Source of the DNA: a virus
Length of the DNA stretch: 64,000 nt
Direction: 5' to 3' (one strand)
Virus record (IMG/VR): IMGVR_UViG_3300008121_000011
Part shown: positions 15,403 to 24,086 of the stretch, in pieces
How the letters are laid out: each line of letters starts with the position of its first letter
Numbering within the stretch: position 1 is the first letter of the stretch
Program-made: the position numbers and the translations under genes
The notes under the pieces: model-generated
Database searches by the model: none
Seen by the model: the letters and a program-made list of their open reading frames with translations, nothing else
What the model was told of the DNA's origin: nothing

Positions 15403-16071
15403 ATGAATTACTGCTACCTTTGCGCCGCCCCTAACGCTGATAAACCGTTAGTTCTCAAAGATTCATTCACTGCACATAGTAGCGCTAGATGCCCTGAGTC
15501 TAAGTATTTATGCGATCGCTGTGCATGGGTGATTCCGTTAAGGGCTTTTTATTGGAATGAAGCCAAGGGGAAATACAGCACATTATTTGCTAGGGGCTGG
15601 TCATGGCTCCTTTCTGCTGATGATGCGTATGGTTCTTATCCTAAATTTGGTAATCAACATACTGAGGGGGGGAACACGCTAGAAATAGTTGATCGCCTCC
15701 CCACACGCGCTCAAATCAGGACTTGGTTGCTTGATCCGCCAAAGCCGCCCTTTACTATTTGCATTGCGGAATCAGGGCAAAAACATATTTTGCCTTGGGC
15801 GCTAGAGGCAACTAATCGCGATTATTTCCCAGTGCAATTTGAGCTCGATACGTTGCATATATATCGATCTGCCTTTACGCATTTACTCGCACGGTACGAG
15901 GAGCTTATGGCTATGGGATTTAGCAAAACTGAAATTAATTCTGGCAACTATCGCTCTGACAAATTAGCTAAGTGCATCAGTGAGTACGCAGCATGTGAGG
16001 CTGCGATCGCTGCTAAGCGTGGTAATCGCTTGCTAGATTTGGTTAGCTATGTTGCAAAAGTATCAGAGTAA
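15403..16071 (+). CDS. Cys-rich (zinc-finger-like) protein, 222 aa
   Basis: The N-terminal Cys cluster is C5-x2-C8 ... C30 ... C38-x2-C41. See the findings for a speculative Csf1-like reading. Confidence 0.5.
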   Translation: MNYCYLCAAPNADKPLVLKDSFTAHSSARCPESKYLCDRCAWVIPLRAFYWNEAKGKYSTLFARGWSWLLSADDAYGSYPKFGNQHTEGGNTLEIVDRLPTRAQIRTWLLDPPKPPFTICIAESGQKHILPWALEATNRDYFPVQFELDTLHIYRSAFTHLLARYEELMAMGFSKTEINSGNYRSDKLAKCISEYAACEAAIAAKRGNRLLDLVSYVAKVSE

Positions 16072-16090
16072 GATATGGCAGACAGTAAAT

Positions 16091-16210
16091 ATGAAAAACT
16101 GTATATTTTGCAAGAAAGAATTTGAAGAAGCTAAAACAAAACGGCTTTGCTGTACTAGATCGTGTGCAGCAAAGTTTTCCACAGAACTGTATATCCCAAG
16201 CGATCGCTAG
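16091..16210 (+). CDS. Small zinc-ribbon protein (39 aa, below the ORF-track cutoff)
   Basis: Hand translation gives MKNCIFCKKEFEEAKTKRLCCTRSCAAKFSTELYIPSDR*, with a CxxC...CCxxxC pattern. Confidence 0.35.
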   Translation: MKNCIFCKKEFEEAKTKRLCCTRSCAAKFSTELYIPSDR

Positions 16211-16302
16211 GGGTGGCAAAAGCGCTGGTATGAAATGGGAGTGGGTGGAGTAAAGGCGTTTCACATTTGCTAAACTATTAGCAAAATCATACTTACAAAA
16301 TT

Positions 16303-16593
16303 ATGGCAGCTAAAAAAGATCCGCGCCTTGCTAAAGCTGGTGTTGATGGTTACAACAAACCAAAGCGCACTCCCAAGCATCCTACTAAATCTCATGTAGT
16401 TGTTGCCAAGGAAGGTGACAAAGTTAAGTTGATTAGATTTGGCGAACAAGGTGCGGATACAGCGGGGAAACCCAAAGAAGGTGAATCTGAAGCGATGAAA
16501 GCAAAGCGCAAAGCATTTAAAGCGCGTCATGCTGAAAACATAGCCAAAGGTAAGATGAGTGCAGCGTATTGGGCAAATTTAACGAAATGGTGA
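16303..16593 (+). CDS. Hypothetical basic protein (96 aa)
   Basis: ATG ORF (MAAKKDPRLAKAG...KPKRTPKHPTKSHVVVAKEGDKVKLIRFGEQG) followed by a strong terminator. Confidence 0.55.
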   Translation: MAAKKDPRLAKAGVDGYNKPKRTPKHPTKSHVVVAKEGDKVKLIRFGEQGADTAGKPKEGESEAMKAKRKAFKARHAENIAKGKMSAAYWANLTKW

Positions 16594-16595
16594 TC

Positions 16596-16636
16596 AAAAA
16601 AGGAGTTATTACGGATTGTAATAACTCCTTTTTTTG
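16596..16636 (+). terminator. Rho-independent terminator
   Basis: A5-AGGAGTTATTAC-(loop GGATT)-GTAATAACTCCT-T7: a 12-bp perfect stem. Confidence 0.7.
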
Positions 16637-16761
16637 ATTCTGTTAATACGCTGAAAGCTATATGTATTAACAGGTTGAGGCGAAAAAGTGATAAAATATT
16701 AGAAGCGAATCGCAAGGTTTGAAGGTGCGATCGCTTATCCACATTACCTACAGCTACTAAC

Positions 16762-17631
16762 ATGAATGATTTAATTCTACTTGAATCTGTATCCGCACGC
16801 AATGAGAAACTATCTAATCTTAGTCAGGACGCATCGCTAGACCATCTGAATAGAGCTAAGTCTCTAGTCATGGCAATGTGGCAGGGTACAGGCGTGGCAA
16901 CTACTGAACAGATGGCAGGTTACTACGAAGTTTCTATTGACACCGTAAAAATGATGCTTACTCGCCATCGCGACGAGTTTGAATCTGATGGAGTCAAAGA
17001 GATTAAGGGTAAAGACTTGAAAGTCTTATATAGTCAAGGTAGTAACGGGTTGTTACTACCAGAAAAGGCTACTCGTTTGAATATTTGGACACCTCGCGCC
17101 GCTCTTAGATTGGGAATGCTTTTGCGAGATTCTGAGATTGCTAAGCAAGTCAGAACACTTTTGCTTGATGTTGCGATGCTAGTCCCTCAACAAAACGATC
17201 GCCTGCGTGAGTTGGAATTGATTAACGAAAATATGCGGCTTGAGATTCAACGCATGGATCGCATGAGTTCGATGACTGCATTGCATGGTGTCCCTACGAC
17301 TTTATGCTTGATGGGTCGTGATAATGCGATCGTTGAAGTTGAAAAGCCAACTATTGAGGTTATTGACGATCGCCACAATCAGCAGACTAAATACAGTGGT
17401 CAAACTTGCACCCAACTCAAAGACTACATGAAGAAGCGATTTGGCATCACTTTTAGATCGGGCGCTGATGTCCAACGGGTACTAGAAGAGATTGAGACTA
17501 AATTTGGTGTCAGCTTACTTGCAGAATTACCCCGCACGGTGACGACTACTTACATTCCTGATGAACACACATCTAAAGCTATTGAGTATCTTCGTGATGT
17601 CAAGAATTGGCAGATGTTGATCGGACAGTAA
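16762..17631 (+). CDS. ORF6N/KilA-N-like DNA-binding (antirepressor-family) protein
   Basis: The pattern 'TTEQMAGYYEVSIDTVKMMLTRHRDEFESDGV...ATRLNIWTPRAALRLGMLLRDSEIAKQVR' resembles the ORF6N domain. Judged by eye. Confidence 0.4.
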   Translation: MNDLILLESVSARNEKLSNLSQDASLDHLNRAKSLVMAMWQGTGVATTEQMAGYYEVSIDTVKMMLTRHRDEFESDGVKEIKGKDLKVLYSQGSNGLLLPEKATRLNIWTPRAALRLGMLLRDSEIAKQVRTLLLDVAMLVPQQNDRLRELELINENMRLEIQRMDRMSSMTALHGVPTTLCLMGRDNAIVEVEKPTIEVIDDRHNQQTKYSGQTCTQLKDYMKKRFGITFRSGADVQRVLEEIETKFGVSLLAELPRTVTTTYIPDEHTSKAIEYLRDVKNWQMLIGQ

Positions 17632-17712
17632 GCTAAAAACATTCGCGCCCTGCGATATCGCCATCAAGGGGCGCGATAATGCTACAATCGCAGTAAATTC
17701 GTATGTTGATTT

Positions 17713-18360
17713 ATGGCGAAAAGTAAAGCCAAGCTCTCAGACTTTCGTACTCAAGAAAGAAATCTCAATAAACACCGCCCCCGTGGTATGGGGATGCTAG
17801 ACAACGTCATTGCAAAGGATGGATGGCAGGGCGCAATAACTACGGCTGCTAACGGTGAAACCTTTGCAGGAAGCGCACGCTTAGAAGTTGCACAAGAGCG
17901 CTTTGGCGATGAATCGGAGCCTATCGTATTTGATATTGATGGTACACGCCCTGTAATTCTTAGGCGGGTTGATATTCCTACTGCTGACGATCCTAGGGCT
18001 ATCAGGCTTGGCATTGCAGATAATCGCATCAGTGAAGTTAACTATGATCTAGATATTGATTTACTGCAAGAAACAGCACAAACAATCGACATTAGCGATC
18101 TATATTTTGACGATGAACTCGCAAAATTAGCAGCGCAAAAGCAGGAAATCATCGACCATCAAGAGCCTGACTTTCTCAAGTTCTCAGATAACGACAGCTT
18201 ACCCGCTTACGCAAGCGATCGCAGTGGTGGCAATAAGCAACCCATACCGATAGTCGTTGGCAGTGGCACAATGAAACGGTGGAATGAGTATAAGGAAAGT
18301 GTTGGCATAAAAAATGATACGGCGGCGTTTGAATTGCTGCTAGAATCTCAAGAGATCTAA
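17713..18360 (+). CDS. ParB-like nuclease-domain protein
   Basis: The arrangement 'ERNLNKHRPRG...AGSARLEVA...IRLGIADNRISE' resembles the ParB N-terminal domain (NxRxH...GxxR...ADN). Confidence 0.45.
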   Translation: MAKSKAKLSDFRTQERNLNKHRPRGMGMLDNVIAKDGWQGAITTAANGETFAGSARLEVAQERFGDESEPIVFDIDGTRPVILRRVDIPTADDPRAIRLGIADNRISEVNYDLDIDLLQETAQTIDISDLYFDDELAKLAAQKQEIIDHQEPDFLKFSDNDSLPAYASDRSGGNKQPIPIVVGSGTMKRWNEYKESVGIKNDTAAFELLLESQEI

Positions 18361-18370
18361 GGTGATTATT

Positions 18371-18790
18371 ATGGTGCGATCGCTAGACAACAGTAATGGT
18401 ATTCAGTATTACGGCGGGAATGATTCTGCAAAAATGGGTGGACGTATTAAGAAGGGACAGGTTGTGGGGGGATCTAATTCATCTAAATCAAAGTCGAATA
18501 GTTTTGTTTCAGGATTAAAAAGACAGGTTTCTGACACTGCTAAATATATTGGAAGTCGCACTAATAAGCTTGAATTAATTAGAATGGCAGTTCAAAATAC
18601 TAAGAATAATTTGATTGACAAAGCGATAACTGATATTAAGCGCGGAAATCAAAGATTGACTACAAAGACTAAGATTGATTCTAATATCCGTAGACAAAAA
18701 CGCGCCATGTCATCAGGTGATATTTCTCGGAATGCTGGCATTCAATCCGCAAAACGTGAATCACAAGGTCAGCTTAATCTTTTAAAATAA
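18371..18790 (+). CDS. Small basic S/G/N/K-rich protein, paralog 1 (conserved N-terminus SLDNSNGIQYYGGND)
   Basis: The ATG is at 18371 (the track starts at a GTG at 18362). The N-terminal ~26 aa nearly match those of ORF 20016-20426. Confidence 0.5.
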   Translation: MVRSLDNSNGIQYYGGNDSAKMGGRIKKGQVVGGSNSSKSKSNSFVSGLKRQVSDTAKYIGSRTNKLELIRMAVQNTKNNLIDKAITDIKRGNQRLTTKTKIDSNIRRQKRAMSSGDISRNAGIQSAKRESQGQLNLLK

Positions 18791-18793
18791 AAC

Positions 18794-20038
18794 ATGGACG
18801 GATTAAAGCCTCTCTACGGTGGTTTACTCAAGATACCCGCGCCATTAGAACTAAGCGGTAATTGGTGCGCTCACGCTTGCGCCTATTGTTTTGCTAATCT
18901 TAATGCTCCTACTCGTACACTTGACGTTAACGGTGTTTCAAGATTATTAGCTGATTATCAAAACAGGAATACCATCGAGGGTTATTTGCTGCGTGATGGT
19001 TATCCTGTAATTGTCAGTAACCACATAGATCCGTTTAGTGCCTCAAACTATCGCCAAATGATTCCTTTTATGGAAACCATGACTGAGCTAGGTATACCTT
19101 ATTCAGTGCAAACCAAAGGCGGGAAAGGATGGGAAAAAGTATTAGAGTTTATGCCGATTGGCGTTTGGTATGTCTCGGTCTCTTTCTCTGATGATGAAAC
19201 ACGCAAAGCTATAGAGCCTAGTGCGCCGCCTTTAGAGCATCGCTATGAGTTGTTAAAAGCATTAATCTCAAAAGGTCATACGGTGATTGTTGGATGCAAT
19301 CCGTGTGAGCCAGACTGGTTGCTAGACCCTATCCCATTTTTTGATCGCCTAAAAGAGATCGGCGTGTTTGGTACTTGGATGGAAAATTTGCATATTAACA
19401 CCAAGCAGAAACAGGTAATGCCAGAACGCGATCGCAAAAGATTAGGTGAAGACTTGATTGCTGATTGCCTCAAGAAAAAACATAGCGATCCTTATAGGAA
19501 AGAATTTGTTGAGATGTGTCGCGAGTATTCGCGATCTATAGGGTTAGAGAATTACAGCATTGCCAACGGTAGGTATTCAAACTTTTTTGATGCTTATAAA
19601 ATGTATCCAAAATTATTCCCAGTTGTGCAGCAATTTATTAATCGGTGCGCTACGTTAAATCGTGAGTTTTTTACACAACGAGAATGGGTGGAGTTCTTTA
19701 CTCCTTTACTGCCAACTTTTGTTACATCGCAAAATTATCACTATATTGATAGCAATGTCAGGATGTGTCCTGAAAAGGCGTTAGGGTTTAAAGTCCCCAA
19801 AAATCCAACATTTGAGACGATTTTAAAATGTTCTTTGAAGTCTCATAATGTACCTTTTCATCCTGTCAACAAAGCTGCTTTTAGCTATGCTGTAGATAGC
19901 AATGGTAATCATTTATTGGATGATGTAGATAAATTGCCTATATTATGTTATAGCGCAGATGGATGGACTCATACTATGATTGAGTATGATGACAATGAAA
20001 TTAATGGAGTCGATTATGTTGGAATCATTAGACAATAG
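18794..20038 (+). CDS. Radical SAM enzyme (414 aa)
   Basis: The CxxxCxxC cluster 'NWCAHACAYCFANLN' lies near the N-terminus. Family otherwise unassigned. Confidence 0.65.
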   Translation: MDGLKPLYGGLLKIPAPLELSGNWCAHACAYCFANLNAPTRTLDVNGVSRLLADYQNRNTIEGYLLRDGYPVIVSNHIDPFSASNYRQMIPFMETMTELGIPYSVQTKGGKGWEKVLEFMPIGVWYVSVSFSDDETRKAIEPSAPPLEHRYELLKALISKGHTVIVGCNPCEPDWLLDPIPFFDRLKEIGVFGTWMENLHINTKQKQVMPERDRKRLGEDLIADCLKKKHSDPYRKEFVEMCREYSRSIGLENYSIANGRYSNFFDAYKMYPKLFPVVQQFINRCATLNREFFTQREWVEFFTPLLPTFVTSQNYHYIDSNVRMCPEKALGFKVPKNPTFETILKCSLKSHNVPFHPVNKAAFSYAVDSNGNHLLDDVDKLPILCYSADGWTHTMIEYDDNEINGVDYVGIIRQ

Positions 20039-20426
20039 CAATGGTATCCAGTATTACGGTGGCAACGATCCCGCTAAGATGAGTGGTAGATTCAAAAAGG
20101 GCGGCAGCGGTGGAGGGTCTAGCGGTAGTGCTAAACGTAGCGCTGTAGGACAGCGTAGTAGTGTTGAGTCTAAGTTTGGTGCATTAGCAGGTAATATTGC
20201 TAAAAATCAAGCTATTCTTAAAAATCCCAGTTCAACGCCAGAACAACGGGCGATCGCGACACGCAAAATTATGGCTAACACAAGGACTGCGACGGGTTCT
20301 ATACAAAGAAATGTTGGAAGTGAGCAAATAACCTCTCGTTTTGGATTGCAATCTAGGGCGCAACAAGCGAGATCGGCGGCGCAAGCACCTTCTGTTTATG
20401 GTAATTCTCTTGGAATAATAAAATAA
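20016..20426 (+). CDS. Small basic S/G/Q-rich protein, paralog 2
   Basis: The ATG at 20016 overlaps the radical-SAM 3' end by 23 nt. The N-terminus reads MLESLDNSNGIQYYGGNDPAKMSGRFKKG. Confidence 0.5.
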   Translation: MLESLDNSNGIQYYGGNDPAKMSGRFKKGGSGGGSSGSAKRSAVGQRSSVESKFGALAGNIAKNQAILKNPSSTPEQRAIATRKIMANTRTATGSIQRNVGSEQITSRFGLQSRAQQARSAAQAPSVYGNSLGIIK

Positions 20427-20430
20427 AATA

Positions 20431-20466
20431 AGTAAGTTATATAGGGGCCTCCCTATATAACTTACT
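20431..20466. other. Perfect 16-bp-stem hairpin upstream of terS
   Basis: AGTAAGTTATATAGGG-GCCT-CCCTATATAACTTACT, with no U-tract. Confidence 0.5.
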
Positions 20467-20492
20467 AGGAATAAAGTAGACTACTTAACATT

Positions 20493-21113
20493 ATGGCAGC
20501 ACCAACAAAACATGATTGGGCAAAAATTAGCAAGGAATACATAGAAGCGCCTAGTGATGATTTGCGCCCGTCTTTGGTTGCTTTAGCATTAAAATATGGT
20601 GTAAGCATTAAATACATTGAACAGAAATGTTCAAAAGAAAAATGGGTAGAGCAATCTAAGATATTTCTAAGGCGCGTATCTCAAGAGTCAAAGCAAGAGA
20701 AAGTATCAAGCTTAGCAGGGGAACAAACTAAGTTTGACGCTGATATCTTGACGGTTGCGAGGGCATTGCAAGGGCAGATAATTGGTCATTTGAATGAAGC
20801 TAAGCAATCAAAAACGCTTCTACCCCCAAAGGATATAAGCCTGTTATCTGGCTCTCTATCGACAATCCAACGCATCGGACGTACAGCATTAGACCTTGAT
20901 ACATGGACACCTGAAAAGATTTTAAACGAGGCTAGAAGACTTGGTTTCCTACTCACCGATCCTAGAACACTTGCCAGCGCTTCAGATGAAGATAGAGCGC
21001 GATTGGGAGAGGGTAGAGACGCTTTTAGTCCAGAAGCAAACCCGTTCTCAGACATCCTCGCAACAGCAGAAGAAGCTCCAACTACATCCCCTCCAGCAAA
21101 CAATAGCCAATAG
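20493..21113 (+). CDS. terS: Terminase small subunit (putative)
   Basis: Lies immediately upstream of and overlaps terL. The N-terminal HTH-like segment is 'LVALALKYGVSIKYIEQKCSKEKW'. Confidence 0.55.
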   Translation: MAAPTKHDWAKISKEYIEAPSDDLRPSLVALALKYGVSIKYIEQKCSKEKWVEQSKIFLRRVSQESKQEKVSSLAGEQTKFDADILTVARALQGQIIGHLNEAKQSKTLLPPKDISLLSGSLSTIQRIGRTALDLDTWTPEKILNEARRLGFLLTDPRTLASASDEDRARLGEGRDAFSPEANPFSDILATAEEAPTTSPPANNSQ

Positions 21114-22395
21114 CCAAGCTAAATACACGATCGCAGTATCAGGGCGGCGCTTTGGTAAAACTATATTGCAGATATACAAAGCTCTTGAGCGTGTTGCAGT
21201 TGGAGCGCCATACAATCCAGTTGCGCCGCCTGTAGTAGTGCTAGCTGCTCCTACTTTGGTTATGGCTAGGCGGCTGCTCTGGAAGCAGTTGCTAAACACC
21301 TTACGCAATCACAAAGCAGTTGAGAGCGTTAGTAAATCTGAGTTTACGATCACCTTTAAGAATCCCGATCCGTATCGTTTCTATATGCCCGATTTAATGA
21401 TCATGGGTTTGAATGATGGCGACGGCGATCGCGCCCGTGGTTTGCGCCTATGGCATTTTGGCGGTGATGAGTGGCAAGATTGGAAGGCGAGTATTTTCCC
21501 TGAAATTATTCAACCTGCGCTATCTGATACGCAAGGCAGTACAGCGCTATTCACTTATACTCCCAAGGGCAAAGTTAATCATACCTATGAGGCTTATCAA
21601 AACGCACTTGTTGCCGATCCTAGGGTATGGCAAGCGTTTAAATATAAGAGTATCGAGAATCCGTACCTTAAAGAAGCCGATATTGAGCTACTTAGACAAA
21701 GCTTAACGCCCCGCCTATTTCGTCAAGAAATGGAAGCATCATTTGAAACTTTTGAGGGACAATTCTTTGAGACATTATCTGAATCGCACCTTATCAGCGA
21801 TCGCGACTTACCTAAAGATTTCATTTATCGCATATTGTCAGTTGATTGGGGCGCGGTAAATCCTAGAGCCTTGGTAGTTTGCGCCTTTATCGGAGATGGC
21901 TTTTATCATTGGTTTGTGGTAGATGAGTGGCGCGTGCCTAGGACAATGCAGGGGCAAGCAATATTAGAAGATGACTTTTTATACGAGTGCCATAAATTAG
22001 CTATGAAGTGGCGCGTTAACCGCTCCTTTGCCGATCCCTCTAGACCTGAAGCAATCAAGTCATTGCGAGTATGGAAACCTAAAGAGGGGCAAGTATTTAA
22101 GGAAACATTTAAAAACTATTGTTCAGAAGTCAGGGGCGCAACAAACGATTTTATCAAGGGCATTGACTTAATGAGTAGCGACTTCTACCACGAACGGATC
22201 AAAATTGTCAATACATTGCCCCAGTTTTTTGAGGAGTGCCAATCGTATCACCGCAAGAAGGATAAGTATGGCAATATCACAGAAGAAGAAGCAGATAATC
22301 AAGTGACTCATGGTATCGACTGTTTGCGCTATGCGATCGCTTCTATGCCTCCCGTTAATCGTCAATCAAGCTTTGGCAGTAGTAGAGCTATGTAA
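20986..22395 (+). CDS. terL: Terminase large subunit
   Basis: Walker A is 'VSGRRFGKT' and Walker B-like is 'LWHFGGDEWQD', with a C-terminal nuclease-type region. The first ATG in frame is at 20986, a 128-nt overlap with terS. The track start at 20941 is a TTG. Confidence 0.85.
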   Translation: MKIERDWERVETLLVQKQTRSQTSSQQQKKLQLHPLQQTIANSQAKYTIAVSGRRFGKTILQIYKALERVAVGAPYNPVAPPVVVLAAPTLVMARRLLWKQLLNTLRNHKAVESVSKSEFTITFKNPDPYRFYMPDLMIMGLNDGDGDRARGLRLWHFGGDEWQDWKASIFPEIIQPALSDTQGSTALFTYTPKGKVNHTYEAYQNALVADPRVWQAFKYKSIENPYLKEADIELLRQSLTPRLFRQEMEASFETFEGQFFETLSESHLISDRDLPKDFIYRILSVDWGAVNPRALVVCAFIGDGFYHWFVVDEWRVPRTMQGQAILEDDFLYECHKLAMKWRVNRSFADPSRPEAIKSLRVWKPKEGQVFKETFKNYCSEVRGATNDFIKGIDLMSSDFYHERIKIVNTLPQFFEECQSYHRKKDKYGNITEEEADNQVTHGIDCLRYAIASMPPVNRQSSFGSSRAM

Positions 22396-22397
22396 TT

Positions 22398-22622
22398 ATG
22401 TTTTATGGAATTAAAGTTGAATTTATCAATGACATTGGCAGCGGATTGGAGATGCAAATATTAAGATGCTTATTTCGAGATAAACCTAGCCAAAAAGTAG
22501 TAGATAAATATGTAAAAGATTGGGTCAAAAATGTTGAAGTTGCTTGTAATTCTGGAAAGTCTTTATTTAAAGTAAGTGAAGTTAGAAGAGTTAAAGTTAT
22601 TGACTTTGTTTTGATTGAGTAA
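22398..22622 (+). CDS. Hypothetical protein (74 aa)
   Basis: ATG lies 3 nt after the terL stop. Confidence 0.4.
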   Translation: MFYGIKVEFINDIGSGLEMQILRCLFRDKPSQKVVDKYVKDWVKNVEVACNSGKSLFKVSEVRRVKVIDFVLIE

Positions 22623-22630
22623 ATATCAAC

Positions 22631-22662
22631 AAAAAAGCGCCATATCACTACAGCGCTTTTTT
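22631..22662. terminator. Bidirectional terminator between convergent genes
   Basis: AAAAAAGCGC-(12 nt)-GCGCTTTTTT. Confidence 0.5.
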
Positions 22663-22680
22663 GTTGGTTAAGTCAGCTAA

Positions 22681-23412
22681 TTAGCTAAGTCCTAACCCCT
22701 TCTTCACCAGGTCCATCGGATCGGCTGTGCGGTTAAAATCACTGGTTTGACGCTTGCCACTGCCATTTGGGATATTATCGCCACTAGCGCGATTAAGTGG
22801 CTTTGCTGCTGACGGCTTCTTGGCTGCAATCTCGTTAGCCCAGTCCTCAATTGTGAATGGTACGGTCTTTTTGTCCACAACCTTAAAGCGCTGAGTGCGA
22901 TCCTTGACTGACTCAACGACAATCACCTCAAGATCGCCGTCTTCGTTTTCCACTGCTTCCAACTGCTTAGCGTATGCAGGGTTATTGGTGAAGTCATCAA
23001 GAAATTCAGATTTAAAAACCTGAGCAAAAGCGGCTTTAATTTCTTTTTTGATGAATTGCTCTTTAAACTTAGCGTCTTTTTCTTCTAGCCTTTGCAGCGC
23101 CTCCTCTTCACGTTTCTTGGCTGCTGCTTCTTTGGCTGCTGTTTCCGTTAACAGACGCTCCTTTAATGACTCAAAATCACCCGTCCGCTTGGCTCGTTCT
23201 TCTTCGTCTAAACGTTCCCTTTCCTTAAGTTGGGCCTCAAGCTGCTTAGCTCTTTTCTCTGCTGCATCAGCTTGCAATCTCAGTTTTTTGAGTGTGATTT
23301 TGACTGTTTCGTTTTCTTCTGATTCTGGCTGTTTTAGCTCATCCGCTGCGCCACTGCTAGCGCCTTCGGTAGACTCAGCGCCGCTTTCTTCGTTCTGGTA
23401 GAAATAGTTCAT
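22681..23412 (-). CDS. Putative scaffolding protein
   Basis: 243 aa, highly charged E/K/A coiled coil (LKKLRLQADAAEKRAKQLEAQLKERERLDEEE...), in the portal block next to the capsid gene. Confidence 0.5.
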   Translation of the reverse strand: MNYFYQNEESGAESTEGASSGAADELKQPESEENETVKITLKKLRLQADAAEKRAKQLEAQLKERERLDEEERAKRTGDFESLKERLLTETAAKEAAAKKREEEALQRLEEKDAKFKEQFIKKEIKAAFAQVFKSEFLDDFTNNPAYAKQLEAVENEDGDLEVIVVESVKDRTQRFKVVDKKTVPFTIEDWANEIAAKKPSAAKPLNRASGDNIPNGSGKRQTSDFNRTADPMDLVKKGLGLS

Positions 23413-23414
23413 AT

Positions 23415-24086
23415 TTAAGCTCTAGTATGTTTTCCTGATAGACTCGCGTAATTCTGTAGTTGCAAATTGTCGATAAGCCATTGCCGATCGCCATTGTATA
23501 AAGCCATTGTAGCTCTAAGATCGGAGCCACTTTGTTTTGTAATACTGTAGAACGATGGAACAGATTGACTGGTTACTCCAAGAGTGCCATCGGTCATTTG
23601 AGTATCGATAGTAGTTTTGTATGTGTCTAACCCGTCAAGCTTTGATTGTACCTCAGTTATGGCACTCGCTCCGTAGGTGTCTTCGTAGGTTGTGAGAGTG
23701 CTTTCAATTAGAGTGTAATAGTCGCGTGTGAGATTGAGGTATTTCACGATGCGATCGCGATCGTTGTTTGTCCATGTGATTCTGGGCGGAATAATTCCTC
23801 TATAGTTTTCCCTTATAGGGTATCTGAAACCTATTATTTCAGGTTGTTGTGATTCAAAAAGCAAGTTAAGAAAAGCCCCGTCTCTTTTATGTGAAGATTT
23901 TTTTAACTCCTGATTGTCGAATTTAATAACGACGACGCGATCGCGAGATTGAGACATTATTACTTCTATAAAGTTCTCTGAAGCATCTTCAATAAATCCA
24001 TACTCCCAAATACCTTGTAGAGTGTAGTAATCGCGTGTGAGATTGAGGTATTTCACGCTGCGATCATTGTTTGTCCATGTACTCAT
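23415..24086 (-). CDS. Hypothetical head-module protein with an internal duplication
   Basis: 'WTNNDR..VKYLNLTRDYYTL' occurs twice. The matching ~55-bp DNA repeats lie at about 23715-23780 and 24020-24080. Confidence 0.45.
   Translation of the reverse strand: MSTWTNNDRSVKYLNLTRDYYTLQGIWEYGFIEDASENFIEVIMSQSRDRVVVIKFDNQELKKSSHKRDGAFLNLLFESQQPEIIGFRYPIRENYRGIIPPRITWTNNDRDRIVKYLNLTRDYYTLIESTLTTYEDTYGASAITEVQSKLDGLDTYKTTIDTQMTDGTLGVTSQSVPSFYSITKQSGSDLRATMALYNGDRQWLIDNLQLQNYASLSGKHTRA

Noticed and set aside
16043-16802. Minus-strand ORFs 16043-16264, 16270-16530 and 16527-16802
   Set aside because: They are antisense to plus-strand genes and terminators in a consistently plus-strand operon. Their translations are Phe/Leu/Cys-rich junk. 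The 16303-16593 plus-strand gene has a clean ATG and a terminator.
20786-21706. ORFs 20786-21103 (minus), 21048-21308 (minus) and 21413-21706 (plus), inside terS/terL
   Set aside because: They are embedded in or antisense to the terminase genes, which carry diagnostic motifs.
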